Source of the DNA: Octopus bimaculoides
Lineage: Eukaryota
NCBI RefSeq assembly: GCF_001194135.2
Contig: NC_068984.1
Location: forward strand, 88,744,450 to 88,796,199
Reading direction: 5' to 3'
DNA length: 51,750 nucleotides
How positions within the stretch are numbered: position 1 is the first letter of the stretch; every line of letters begins with the position of its first letter. The translations under genes were made by a program, and so were the position numbers. The notes under the pieces are model-generated. The model was given only the letters and a program-made list of their open reading frames with translations. It ran no database searches and was not told the origin of the DNA. Positions 12,295-24,699 of this stretch are shown piece by piece.

Positions 12295-13484
12295 GAGAGA
12301 GAGAGAGAGAATGTATGCATGAATGTATGTATATATGTGTGTGCGAGTGTGTGCGTGCGCGTGTGTGCGTGTGTGTGCACGCGCGCATTTATACGTGTCT
12401 GTGTGAGAGTCAGCGCGTTTCAAACCCATCTAGGCGTATACAGCTACCTACCACTACGTAGGTACACTTAATTGTATGTGATTAGCTATGGTTCTATATG
12501 CATGGGTACCTTACGTATATAAGTATGCACAAAGCTGTGTTCAGGCACCTCTGCGCATGTGTGAGTGCATCACAATATGTGTTTCTTCTTTTTTCCCTTC
12601 ACTATAATGGTTCGCGTAGTTTTCTATACTTTCAATTGTTTGCTTATTTTTACAGATACTTAGAAGCAGCCATTTGTAAAATAAACTGTATAGTGCGTGA
12701 ATCGCATCTTAAGACCCCTTTTCTTGTCAAAATCACATATATTTTAAATTTTCAAATGACTTGATACAAAGCTTGACGCTTGGTTAAGTTTTACCACCTA
12801 CCAAGATTACTCACCAGGTCCCAGGGGTTAAGGGTTCGCGCCAATACATCACATATATACATATATGTGCACAGACACAAGCACACACAAACGCACACAC
12901 GAAGACATACACACAGATACGCATACACCTATAGACAATAAACGCATACATACAAATGCGAGTCTCTTACTTTCTTTTTCACACATGCATATATAAACAT
13001 ATATACATGCATATTTGCTCTCAGGCAATAGACAAAGATTCATGAGTGACTAATCCGTATTTTTTTCTTTTATCTTTAGGGAAAATCGTTCACAAACTTG
13101 ACTACTCTTCAACAAGGACCTCCTAGGTCGATGTAAGACTACCTGAAGGGTGAGAATAAATTGGATGCGTATAGGAAGGGTTGGTACTTTGCCAGAATTC
13201 GATTCTTTAAATCGTTAGTGTGTACGTGAAGGCGTATGTATGCATATATACATAAATACATACAAATGTAGGTACGTGTCTATTTTTATGTGTGAACAAA
13301 TATGTATATAACTGTATATACGTATGTGTGTATATATATGTATATACATACATATATACATATATATATACATATATACATACATATATACATTCATATA
13401 TACATATATACATACATATATACATACACACACATATATACATATATACACACACACACACGTATATATATATATATGCATATA

Positions 13485-13820
13485 GGCGCAGGTATGGCTG
13501 TGTGGTAAGAAGCTTGCTTCCCAACCACATGGTTCCGGGTTCAGTCCCACTGCGTGGCACCTTGGGCAGGTGTCTTCTACTAAACCTCGGGTCGACCAAA
13601 GCCTTGCGAGTGGATCTTGTAGACGGAAACTAAAAGAAGCCCGCCGTATATATTTATATGTATATATTTGTGTATCTGTGTTTGTCCCTCTCCCCACCAT
13701 CATCGCTTGACAACCGATAGAATAAGTACTAGACTTACAAAGAATAAGTCCTGGGGTCGATTTTTTCGACTTAAGGTGGTGCTTCAGCATGGCCGTAGTA
13801 AAATGACTGAAAGAAAAGAA
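13485..13820 (+). mobile_element. SINE family A, near full length
   Basis: ggcgcaggtatggctgtgtggtaagaagcttgcttcccaaccacatggttccgggttcagtccc...ccagcatggccgtagt. Confidence 0.95.
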
Positions 13821-14188
13821 TGTGTGTGAGTATGTGTCTATATATTTATACAAACATGCAAAAGCATACAGATGTGTGCATATTTAAGATAGATAGATAG
13901 ATAGATAGACAAAGAGAGAGGGAGAGAGAGAGGGGATGGAAGGAAGGAAGGGAGGGAGAGAGAAGGGCGTGTTTCTGCACAGATTTCGTCGAAGAAATTT
14001 CAGTCAAAATGCTTGGTCAATCCGAGGCTATGATAGAAGAATTGTGCAGTGAGATCGAACCAAAGTCCACATAGTTGCAAAACCATCTTTTCCACTAGGT
14101 AGCCACGTTTCTATTCCAATCATAGCATAAGATACTGTAGACAACGTTGTTCTATGCACTGGGGGTTAGGAGAAGTGTACATATGTAG

Positions 14189-14766
14189 TTGTATTAATGA
14201 AGTCAAACCAAATAGTAAAATTTTGAAATCATTTAATGTACGTTTAATGTCTGCGGAAGAATTCCGACTACGTTTCGTGGTTTGCTACCTCAACAGCTCC
14301 TTTGTAGGATCCAGTGGCTAAAGACATCCTCAGGAGGAACCATGCCCGGTTTCGGCCCCTACTTCTCTACCGTTAATATATAACAGGAAATGCGTAAGAC
14401 CTTCCTCAGTGAAAAACATTTCAAAATAATTAGAAATGTTTTGAATGAAGAAGGTTTTCGTAATGGTTGCATTTTCTATTATACAGGGTGTCCACAAAGT
14501 CTGGGTACATGAGGATTAACACATACTTTAAGAAATTATTATTTCTTATATTTAATCGTTTATCTTATTATTTTATTTACTCCATGTACCCAGATGTGGA
14601 TTAACATACTTTAAGAAATTATTTCTTTTATTTAATTGTTTATGTTATGATTTTATTTACTCCATGTACCCAGACTTTGTAGACACCCTGTATATTACGC
14701 AGACCCGAAACGTACGTATTAAATGATTTCAAAATATTACTATTTGGTTTCACTTCATTACTACAA
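14189..14766. mobile_element. Penelope-type pLTR relic with inverted arms and a hammerhead relic split by a MITE
   Basis: 14189-14255 is an inverted copy of 14698-14766; tttga|ATGAAGA (14440-14451) and GAAAC GTAC GTA|ttaaa (14707-14723) rejoin into one hammerhead fold when the MITE is removed. Confidence 0.55.
14484..14690. mobile_element. Tc1/mariner-type MITE
   Basis: TIRs cagggtgtccacaaagtctgggtacatg / catgtacccagactttgtagacaccctg (1 mismatch), TA target duplication at 14482-83 and 14691-92; internal ~85-bp tandem duplication. Confidence 0.92.
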
Positions 14767-14898
14767 TTTATACGACTCGATGCCAGTACAAACTAGTTGG
14801 TCTTGACTCCACTTATGCAGATCCTACAAAAACAATTTGGGGTAGTTTGTTACACTTGATTCAAGTAGAAAATTCTGGTACTGTGCACTGTTTCTCAG

Positions 14899-14969
<71 letters not shown>

Positions 14970-15479
14970 NNNNNNNNNNNNNNNNNNNNNNNNNNNNNNN
15001 NNNNNNNNNNNNNNNNNNNNNNNNNNNNNNNNNNNNNNNNNNNNNNNNNNNNNNNNNNNNNNNNNNNNNNNNNNNNNNNNNNNNNNNNNNNNNNNNNNNN
15101 NNNNNNNNNNNNNNNNNNNNNNNNNNNNNNNNNNNNNNNNNNNNNNNNNNNNNNNNNNNNNNNNNNNNNNNNNNNNNNNNNNNNNNNNNNNNNNNNNNNN
15201 NNNNNNNNNNNNNNNNNNNNNNNNNNNNNNNNNNNNNNNNNNNNNNNNNNNNNNNNNNNNNNNNNNNNNNNNNNNNNNNNNNNNNNNNNNNNNNNNNNNN
15301 NNNNNNNNNNNNNNNNNNNNNNNNNNNNNNNNNNNNNNNNNNNNNNNNNNNNNNNNNNNNNNNNNNNNNNNNNNNNNNNNNNNNNNNNNNNNNNNNNNNN
15401 NNNNNNNNNNNNNNNNNNNNNNNNNNNNNNNNNNNNNNNNNNNNNNNNNNNNNNNNNNNNNNNNNNNNNNNNNNNNNNN
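14970..15479. other. Assembly gap (N run)
   Basis: 510 N after (CA)n(TA)n. Confidence 1.
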
Positions 15480-16109
15480 GTGCACACACATACATAACAG
15501 TTTGACTCAGCTCTATATGATGTAAAGTTTCATGGATGCGTAAGACGAACGCATTTAATCAGATTTCGGAAGAAGAGCCTTCTTCCGATGATATCTCATC
15601 TGATGGGTTCGTCCTACATTATGAAGTGGGAGGTTATTTTTAAAAACTTGCTACAATATAACATTAAATATTATTAATAATTGTGCGAAAATAACTACAT
15701 TGTATATGTAGTTTAAAATTCTTTCCGTAGTGGAAATTATAGCTCAATGTGGGTGGCAGCAACACAGTACATTTTATTTTGCAGTTGATGGACTCAGTCA
15801 GAACAACCTGTCATTAATATCCCTATGTATAAGGACGGCATTTCCAGGCATTGACCAGACGAGAAAAAACGATTGTTTATGAAAATAAAACAATGCACCA
15901 TTAAAACATGTGCATTAATTATCTTTATGTAATGTATATCTCATCTTGCTCGAAAATTATCTTGGAATAGAGAATATTTGACAACGAAAGGATCCCGCTT
16001 TGGATAGTTTAGTCTCCGTTTCCGGTGATACCTAAACGATCTGCCCTAAGGCAGCTTATCTGTTCATGTCTGTACTAAAACTGAATGAAACTTAAAATTA
16101 GACCTAAAT

Positions 16110-16499
16110 CAGTGGTTCCCAAACTATGAGTCGCGACCCACTGATGGGTCGCGAACGGAATCCTAGTGGGTCGCAAAAAGTTATAAAATTACGCATTAGC
16201 TTTGATTAACTGCTGTCTATCGAGATTCGGCAATGGTTGGGATTAAAAGCAAATTTCGAAATAAACTGCAGCTCTCAAATTCTTTACGGTTGAATCTATC
16301 ACGCATTGAACCTGATGTTAATTCTATTATTGAGCGTAGCAAGAAACAGGCTCATCCTTCTCACAGGCCTCAATGAAAATGTAATCTGAAATAAATTTGT
16401 TTCTTTCATTAAAGTTTTGACCCAGTGGAGTTAAGTGGGTCGCCATAAACTGGTGTCATAAATAGTGGGTCGCGTCTCTAAAAAGTTTGGGAACCACTG
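16110..16499 (+). mobile_element. hAT (Charlie-like) non-autonomous element/MITE
   Basis: Perfect 16-bp TIR cagtggttcccaaact, 8-bp TSD acctaaat (16102-09, 16500-07), internal transposase C-terminal relic SKFRNKLQLSNSLRLNLSRIEPDVNSIIERSKKQAHPSH, gggtcgc subterminal motifs. Confidence 0.95.
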
Positions 16500-17431
16500 A
16501 CCTAAATACTTATTTTTCAGTTGTTATACATGCATATTTGCAGTAGAGGTTATTAACTAAAAGTTAATATATTCTTATACAACAGCCTGTGTATCATACT
16601 TAGAGTATGTAAATCGTTGAAAGCCTGATAAACTGATGTATTCACCTCGAAATAGCATTTCTTAAAGACGGATAGTGTTACAAACACTACCTCTTTGGGC
16701 AGAAATATGCCTTTAAGCAATGCTACCACATCTGCCGCACAATTTTCGACCGCTACTGATATATTTCTGTGTTTTTCCTTTTACTCCATACATCTGAAAG
16801 AGGTGCTATCTTGAGACGATTATCGTAGTTTGTCAGGCTTTCTACGATGTACATATTTAGGAAATGATACACAGATTGCTATTTTGAACTAATGCCGTTT
16901 CTGTCACTCATAGCGAATTTTATGCTCTTTTGCAGTTGCGACTCCATTTTCTGTTCACTTTTTCTTCCCTCTCTCTCACCTCTCTCTTTATATATATATA
17001 TATGTGTGTATGTATATGCGTGTGTGTGTATGTGTGTATGTATAGACATATAAGGCTAAGATGCAGGAATCCAAGTATAGGAAGTTTGTAAGCTTCAAGC
17101 AGTCTGTGGCCGGTACAGAAAACAAAAAGTGGATGGTGTATGATTAGGAACAATAACAATTTATTGGCATCAAAGGTTACACTCTTTTTCCATATCGAAG
17201 TTACGAGGAAATTCGATCAGCTGAAAATCTCTGCATAGCTTACGGTAGGCAACTAGAGTTGCGATGAATGCGAATAAAAATCCAGAGGGAGTGGAACGGA
17301 TAAAATCCAGGCTACATATGTTTCTTAGCTAGCTGATCTTTTGATGTAATAATTACTCAACAAGAGGTACTCAACTTAGCTAATTGTCAGGTCGAGAACA
17401 CCTGTCGTTTGGGATTCTCAAGTTAACTCAC

Positions 17432-17455
17432 CGCAGATGTGACTTGAAATGAGTG
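17432..17455 (-). CDS. Candidate 24-nt frame-preserving microexon of an unidentified host gene
   Basis: Minus strand: ~70-nt pyrimidine-rich tract ...ctcttcttccggtttcag|CACTCATTTCAAGTCACATCTGCG|gtgagt; no stop in any phase. Confidence 0.45.
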
Positions 17456-18982
17456 CTGAAACCGGAAGAAGAGAATAAAAAGAAACAAATGCTTGAAGAA
17501 ATAAAACGGTCAAGAAGTAAGAAAAAGAAAGAAGAGGTCAAATATTTGGGAGTGGGAATCGTATGAGGTTGTTAGGAATGAAGAACAGGAGAGGGAGAAG
17601 AAACATAGGGGCGATAGGAGTTGATGGTTGTTATAGATATTAAGCTGGGATGGGTAAAGATAGTAGTGGATAATTGGTACTGGTACTGTTAGCCGCCTGA
17701 CTACATCACAGTAAACATACGCATTCGCACACCCATGCATGCACAGGTACACACACTTCACACTCGTTTTATCAACATACGTATATATGCGCACACACGG
17801 CCGCACACACATACATGCAAACAAATGTTTATACGCCATAGCCGAGCGTGCGTCTACAGCACGTGGACTTTCCCTTGTAAGCAAGTATATAAATAAATAT
17901 GTCTAAGTGCCTAAGGGTGCGCGCGCGCATCCATAGGCATAAGACTCCACCTGTATGCACATGCACTTCTATATATATATCAGTCACGTATATAGCTAGA
18001 TATACCAAACTGCAGGTTTGCAAGTATATATGCGTATCCACGAGGAGGGCGAAAACTCATACTTATGTAAACATGAGATCAAAATTGGTTTTGATGTGTA
18101 ATTTAAAAAATACTAATAAAAGTGAGGTGTCAAGAATTTGGAAAGATTCAGAATTTTTGTATTTTGGTGAATGCCGAAAGCAAAAATGGTACTTTCCTGG
18201 CGAGCGGCGGCTGCGAAGAGGTTTCAAGGTTTCAAACGGGTATTGAAACTAACTCCACAATATCTGGTTGAAATCATTTCACTAATGCCCAAGTAAAACT
18301 TATAGTCACACTTCTCATTCATTTGCTTTGAGTGATAAAGCTTTTGTAAATAATTAAAAAGCAAACGCGTTAGAAATTAAAATATTCAATTCGATTTTAT
18401 TATACATACGAAAGACAAGTTAAAATGTTAATTTGCATGTGTATGCGTGCAATATGCGTAAAAACACCTGTGGATTTGGATCTCCAAACTACAAGAAATT
18501 ATATAGTTTTCTCCATCTTCTTGCCAAAGAATTCAGAAACAATCAAATCTTGTAGTTCATTCTTACCGACTAATGTAGTGGGTTTTTTTTAAAGCTTTCC
18601 ATTTCTTTTCTGTCATTCTCCTTTATACAGTAGCAAGCATTTTAATTAAAGAACAGAAAATTTATTAGATTTGATGTTTTTATCGTCTGCTGCGCAAGAT
18701 GGAATACATTACGAGTTTACCACCATAACTTCCTATATTTTCGAATTAACATTCTCTCTTATATACAATATATTAAATCGTTTGATGAAACATTCCTAGG
18801 AGAAAAGCTAATTTGTCTGGAAAAGTAATTTAGAGTATTCAATAGACTTTAATAAAATTTGAAACCCATTTTTTAAAATGATTTTCATATTTTATTTTGT
18901 ATTGTGAACTTATTTTAGGTTCACAAAAGCAAAAAATGTGCGAGCTAAAAGATTTTTTTTATATTTACATACATCTAAATAG

Positions 18983-19030
<48 letters not shown>

Positions 19031-21519
19031 ATATAAATATATGTATATGTATATATGTAAATATTTGCATGTATGTATATGGATACATATGTATATTATA
19101 TATAGCTAAAAGGAAAAATAATTAAAAATTATCCACCAGAATATATTTCTGGAAGACCCATTTGGTACAAGATTATTTGAAGAAAAAGTGTGTGTGGTAA
19201 ACTGTTTACTTGCATCTGGGACGTTATCTAATTACATTGTAGGAGTGTTCCTTTCAACAGCTAATGTGATATTTCTTTCACTACTCCGGAGGTCTCATGA
19301 CGAACGATTCTTTCGTTCATTGTCCCATTACTACGCTTGTTTGAAAAGCTTATAATAAATAGTCTTGCTTTCGCGATTGTCTCTTTATAATACCCTCATC
19401 CCTGTCCCACAACATTCTTTCTTTCTTCCTCTCATCCCCCTCTCTCTTACATACTCACTGACTATTCAAAGTTTTTTCCTATTCTACTCCAAGAAACACC
19501 CTTTATCTATTCTCCCACCTATCTGGGTGAAAAATTTATTGGTTTTAACATAACTGGTTCATCAATGATTGTGTTTAAAATAAGCGTTAGGTTTCTGCTT
19601 CAGCTGGGAGGTAGATGTGCATCGTTTATCAACAACTGAAAAAAGATTAAAGTAAAATCGATTCTTGGGGTAATTTCAACACGAAACAGAGAAGTTTCTT
19701 GATTTAAACATCCTGAAGCAGAAGTCCAGCAGCTGTCATGTTCATAATTTTCAGTCCTAATTAATAAATAGTATATTATTCAATTTATTTATTTATCTAT
19801 TTTAGATAAAGTTTTACTTTAGCAAAGGTGGGTCAATAAGATAGCTATATTGTATAAAAATCGACTCAGCTCATTTTATACGTAAGACAAGACAATACAA
19901 TGACAGAAATGTGATTGTGTGTAATTAAATTCCTGGGTATGGCTTTAAACTGCATCTGGTCATGGGACACTGGTTCGGGAGTTCAAGGGCTTTGAAAAGT
20001 GTGAAACTACTTCTTATCTACTATTGTTCCCGGGTCTATTTTGACTCGGAGTAGTGCCACCCGTCAGAATCCTAGCTATGGGTTAAATAGCTTGTAACTA
20101 TCTAAGTCAGGGTATTTTGAAATCATGGGATGCAGCACGGTGGATGTGAACTATTTTGGCTGATGAACTTCTTGTGTTCGCCTACCATGCCAACGGCGTG
20201 TATCACAAGATGCTGATCGGATGAACAAAACTGTCAACGGCCAGGATCAATCAGATCAGTTAGCCAACTACTGCTATCATCTGTAGTAGTGGAGTGCACA
20301 GATTAGATATTTCAGTTAGCGAAAGACCGATTTGACTAAAATGCAGGCTTCATCACTCATCACTCGATCGGGACGTCTGACGTGGAAGAGTTACATTGGT
20401 CCGGGAAAGTCACCCGATTGGATTGGATTGGATTGGCATTAATGTCCATCTCAGAGGCCCTGAGAAAAGGACACAAAGTCACTGAGTTCATATTTAAACA
20501 AAGAATCCTCATTTAACTGTATTGTTGAAGAAGGTTTCAAAATACGAAGTTTTACATTTGACCAGCAAGTGTGTTCCTGCGAACGATAAACTTCGACGTT
20601 AAACGGTGGGGCATGAGGGAAAAGGTTGAAGTAGCTTCAGTATATTTCGCTTGACAAGTAAGTAGATACCACGTTGATTCAACAGGAAAACAGAACACCC
20701 GCTGAGGAGAACTGATAATATATACATAAGTTGCCTCGAAAGTTGTTGATTTGGGATTTGAGATTATCGTCACGCTGCTTTCTTCTTTTTTTTGTTTGTT
20801 ATTGTTATTATTGATTTTGTGTAGCGGTAGTGATAATGGTGAGCTTTGGTGATGGCGACGGCGGAGTTTGTGATGACAGCAGTTGTAGAAGCAGTTCTCC
20901 TGATGGTTTTAGTTATTGTAGTGATCGTGTTGCGTATGGGGTCGACGGTGGTGATAGTCGTCATCATGATTGAGCTGCTGAAATTGTTGTTGTTGTCGTT
21001 GTTGTTGCGGTTGTTGTTCTTCCTCTTCTACATCTTCTTAGGGAGTTCACGAAGTGCCGTAGGATTGATGGGATCGTGATGTGAACCCACATCTCTTGGC
21101 CTCTCCACGTGGCAAAGAGAGAGAATGAGAGAGGGAGAGACAGACACAGACAGACAGAGTGAGAGAGAAAGAGAGTGAGAGAGACAGAGAGCGATAGAGA
21201 AAAGGAGAGAGAGAGAGAGAGAGGGGGCGGGAGTGCAGAGAAATCGATTCCAGTACTTTATCGCATTCAAAAGCGAGAAAGGCAATGTTGACGATGGTTT
21301 TCAATGGTAGATGGTTGTGGTGATGTTGGTAGCAATGATCGCTACAGTTTTTGTGCCAGGTTAGCTTCGATTGATGAAAGGTGCTCCAATCGTGACCATC
21401 CATCCCCCTTTTATCAAGTAATGTGTATCTAGGATTTCATTATCCAATGTGTCTGTCTTCTTTTAAGACAGCGTTCGATATGAGGAAGAGATGATTGTCA
21501 TTTCTAACAGGTCAAGCTA

Positions 21520-22470
21520 CGATGCAGCGGCTTCCTCTGGTTTGATATTCGTGGTGTTGTTGGCAACAGCAGTGATACTATTGCATATGATTTTCCGCAA
21601 CTTATCTCTTTGATGGAACTGCAGTCATAGATCAAGCGTAGACCGAGACAGGGCACTTGCCATCTGGAGTGTCGTCAAGTCCTCAATCAGTGGGCGAAAG
21701 TTCCACTTTGGTGTTCTATATGATAGTAGTGACGAGCAAGAGCGTCTATGTTCTCGGAGAAACTGAACGTCGGGGGAGATCAATTTGCTGGTCTTTTCCG
21801 GAGAACTTTCAGACCGGAGCTATCGATAATCTTCAGAAATCCCTGGTCTAGTAGTGCTATCGGGAGATACTTCCGGTTTGAAATAAGCCCAACAGGCATC
21901 GAAATGCTGTCAGACGTGTCTGCCCGAGATGCTCGCAGAGCAATGGAAAAGTTCAGCATACACTCGTCCAGTGTCCAGGAAGGGCACGAAGTTTTCTACT
22001 ACCTGGTGGCTATGATGGTCGCGGTAGTGTAGTGGTCGGTCGAGGTTGAAAGGACTGAAGACAGATACTTTTCACTTCGTCCAAGCCTTCATCAACTTTT
22101 CCAAGTTTCACTAGGAAAGGAAATAAAGGCGGAGAGGGGAATGTTGCTCCTCTGCAGAGGTGGGCAAATATGGCGAGGGTGGCCCATGTGAATGGACCTA
22201 CTCTGAATATACGCCCGCAAGCCCTAGGAAACAAAGAGAAGAGAAGAATTTTCCTTAGAAACTTTGGTGATCAGTGTGTCCAGGACGGGTGAAGTTCTTT
22301 GGTTACCCCTGGATAGTGCTCCCTACAATTAGGAAATTTCTGTTGTTAGTATTTGTGGCTAATTGTCATATGTTATGTATTTTTTACTAGATTTCATTGT
22401 AAATCACCACTGTCCTTCTCTTTGTGTATCCTCCGTGTTTTTTTGTCCCTGTAGTCAAATAAAGTTATTA
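21520..22470 (+). mobile_element. L1/Tx1-clade LINE, decayed 3' end of ORF2 plus 3' UTR
   Basis: Frameshifted peptides DQFAGLFRRTF, IDNLQKSL..CYRE.LPV, YLVAMMVAVV, RWANMARVAHVNGPTL; UTR ends aaataaag(tta)n. Confidence 0.7.
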
Positions 22471-22865
22471 TTATTGAGTTAGAGAGCAGTGCATGCCATC
22501 AAAGTGACACTGGGGTAAAATATACGAAGCCCAGTATACCCATCACAACTACTCGTCTGATAAGGGCACACCAGGCGCATGCATCATAATCATACTTGTG
22601 CGACATGGCGATTTCATATCAAGATAAACAGCGCATGACCTTGCAGTTAGAATTTTCTTTAGGTCGAGTAGCCCATCCTGCTCAAAAGGTCCTAAATAAG
22701 GGTTAATTAAGGACGTTGAATGAAACATCCATGTTTCCAGAGGTGAATTATTCAAACTCCAAAGAATTCCTCTCAACACATGGCTACGATGCTCCCCCAC
22801 TTCTGCTCGTGATCAGAGATGCACATATCATCAGCCACCAAGGGACATGCTCAACAGATTAAGGT
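22468..22865 (-). mobile_element. Interspersed retro-type repeat with (AAT)n tail (unclassified)
   Basis: Non-coding GC-richer unit ending ...gcactgctctct.actcaataataat on minus; I recall similar units as an abundant octopus repeat (not verified). Confidence 0.5.
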
Positions 22866-23040
22866 CAAACAACTGACAAGCAAATCTGTGGTATTGAGCA
22901 GAATATTTGCTGTAGCCTACTTTTATACCAAGACAAAAGATATCCATGATAACACCGCCAGTCAGTTAAGATCAGAAGCCATGGAAGCCAATGCCTGGTA
23001 CTGTCTTCTTCTTCTTCTTCTTCTTCTTCTTCTTCTTCTT

Positions 23041-23156
23041 CTTTGTCTTTCATCCTTTTGGGGTCGATAAATTAAGTACCAGTTGCGTACTGAGGTCGAT
23101 CTAATTGACTGGCCCCCTCCCCAAAAAATTCGGGCCTTGTGCCTGGAGGAGAAAAG

Positions 23157-23160
<4 letters not shown>
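23041..23160 (+). mobile_element. SINE family B, 5'-truncated, with (TTA)n tail
   Basis: ctttcatccttttggggtcgataaattaagtaccagttgcgtactg...gggccttgtgcctggaggagaaaag then (tta)n to 23216. Confidence 0.9.
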
Positions 23161-23219
<59 letters not shown>

Positions 23220-24590
23220 TAGTCTTATTTTTATCACATGCTTTCTCTGCACTACCGAGCACAGCTCTGTGTGCCTTGGGTATGTGCTGTGGTTTGTTGT
23301 GATGCTCTTATTGTTACTGTATGGAAAGTGTTTTACGTAGGATATGTACGGTGCCTAGTAGTGCTATTTTCTGTATGTTAGATATACTTGTTAGTCCTGG
23401 TGTTTTTGTTATGTATTAGTCTGAATAATTTCTTTTATCATACCTAATGCACCTACTACGATAGAAATTGTGTTTTTAGATTCCACATTCGAGTTACCTC
23501 TATTTCCAGATTTTTGTATTTTGAAAGTTTCTCTATTTCTTTTAGAGAAACATTGTCATCTGTTGGTATTGATCGAATAGAAGGCATTTTTTCTTGATGA
23601 TCTCTGACAACTATATCCGGCCTATTGACCTTAATTTCTCTACCTGTGTGTATTGGTATATCCCATAGTATAGTTGCTTTCTCATTTTCTGTGACCTTTT
23701 CTGGTGTGTGTCTATACCATCTTTTTTTCTGTTATTATTCCATAGTGTTGGCATAGTTTCCAGTGTATATAGAACCCAACTCTGTCGTGTCTGTGAATAT
23801 ATTCCGTCTTAGACAGGACTGGGCAGCCAGAGAAATATGCTTTATTGTTTCTTTTCCATCTCCACATATTCTGCAGTTACTTGTTATGTTTCTTTTCATT
23901 ATGTTTTTGGTAATTTCTGGTGAGGAGGCTTTGGTCTTGTGCAGCAATTAAAAACTCTTCAGTCTCTGCTTTGAGTCCTGAGCTTCTCAGCCATTGATGG
24001 GATATTTTCTTTGTCTATTTCTTTTGTGCTTAGTTTAACCCAGTATTTGCCATGAAGGGGCTTTTTCTTGCCATCGTTTTATCATGATCCGTTGCTATTC
24101 CAGTTTTAGTTTGGTTGTCAGTTGTTTTACAGCTTTTGTTGTTTCTTCTTTTTCTTCATAGTTGTTAGGTACTATGACTTCATTTTTGTATTTGTCAGCT
24201 TCCTTAAAGACTGAAAACAGTTTTTTGTTTTGTTCGTGATTTGTGGTTATTTGTATTAGTTTTCCTTGCTTCTGAAGTAGGTATTTTTGTAGTCCTATGG
24301 TGGCTATTTTGTAATAGTTTTCTAGCTGTGTAAGGCCTCTACCACCTTCCATATGTTGTATATATAACTTTTCTATGTTAGATTTTTGGTGGCGCATCCT
24401 AAATACTGTCATTATTTTTCTTGTTTTCCTGTCTTATTTGATTAGTTCATTTAGTGTCCAGTTAAATATATTGTAGTTGTAACTTATAACTGGGACAGCT
24501 AGAGTATTGATACCTATTATCTTGTTTTTCGCATTGAACTCTGTTTTCAGTATTAATTTAACTCGACTATAGCATTCTTTTTTTTTCTTT
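23158..24590 (-). mobile_element. R4/Dong-like RLE non-LTR retrotransposon, 5'-truncated and decayed (copy 1)
   Basis: ECYSRVKLILKTEFNAKNKIIGINTLAVPV, GGRGLTQLENYYK, CCHC-like CRICGDGKETIKH, RLE region KYKNLEIEVTRMW..IVVGALGMIK; 3' UTR runs into (AAT)n. Confidence 0.88.
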
Positions 24591-24699
24591 GTCAAACTTT
24601 CAAAATACAAAAACCTGGAAATAGAGGTAACTCGAATGTGGAGTCTAAAAACACAATTTCTATCGTAGTAGGTGCATTAGGTATGATAAAAAAAGAAGG

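Noticed and set aside
20150-20380. Decayed RTE-X-like LINE 3' end (VSQLLL)
   Set aside because: Only a few residues resemble the motif; insufficient to annotate.
20565-20660. Plus-strand exon with gtaagt donor
   Set aside because: Stops in all three frames and a weak acceptor; unsupported without transcripts.
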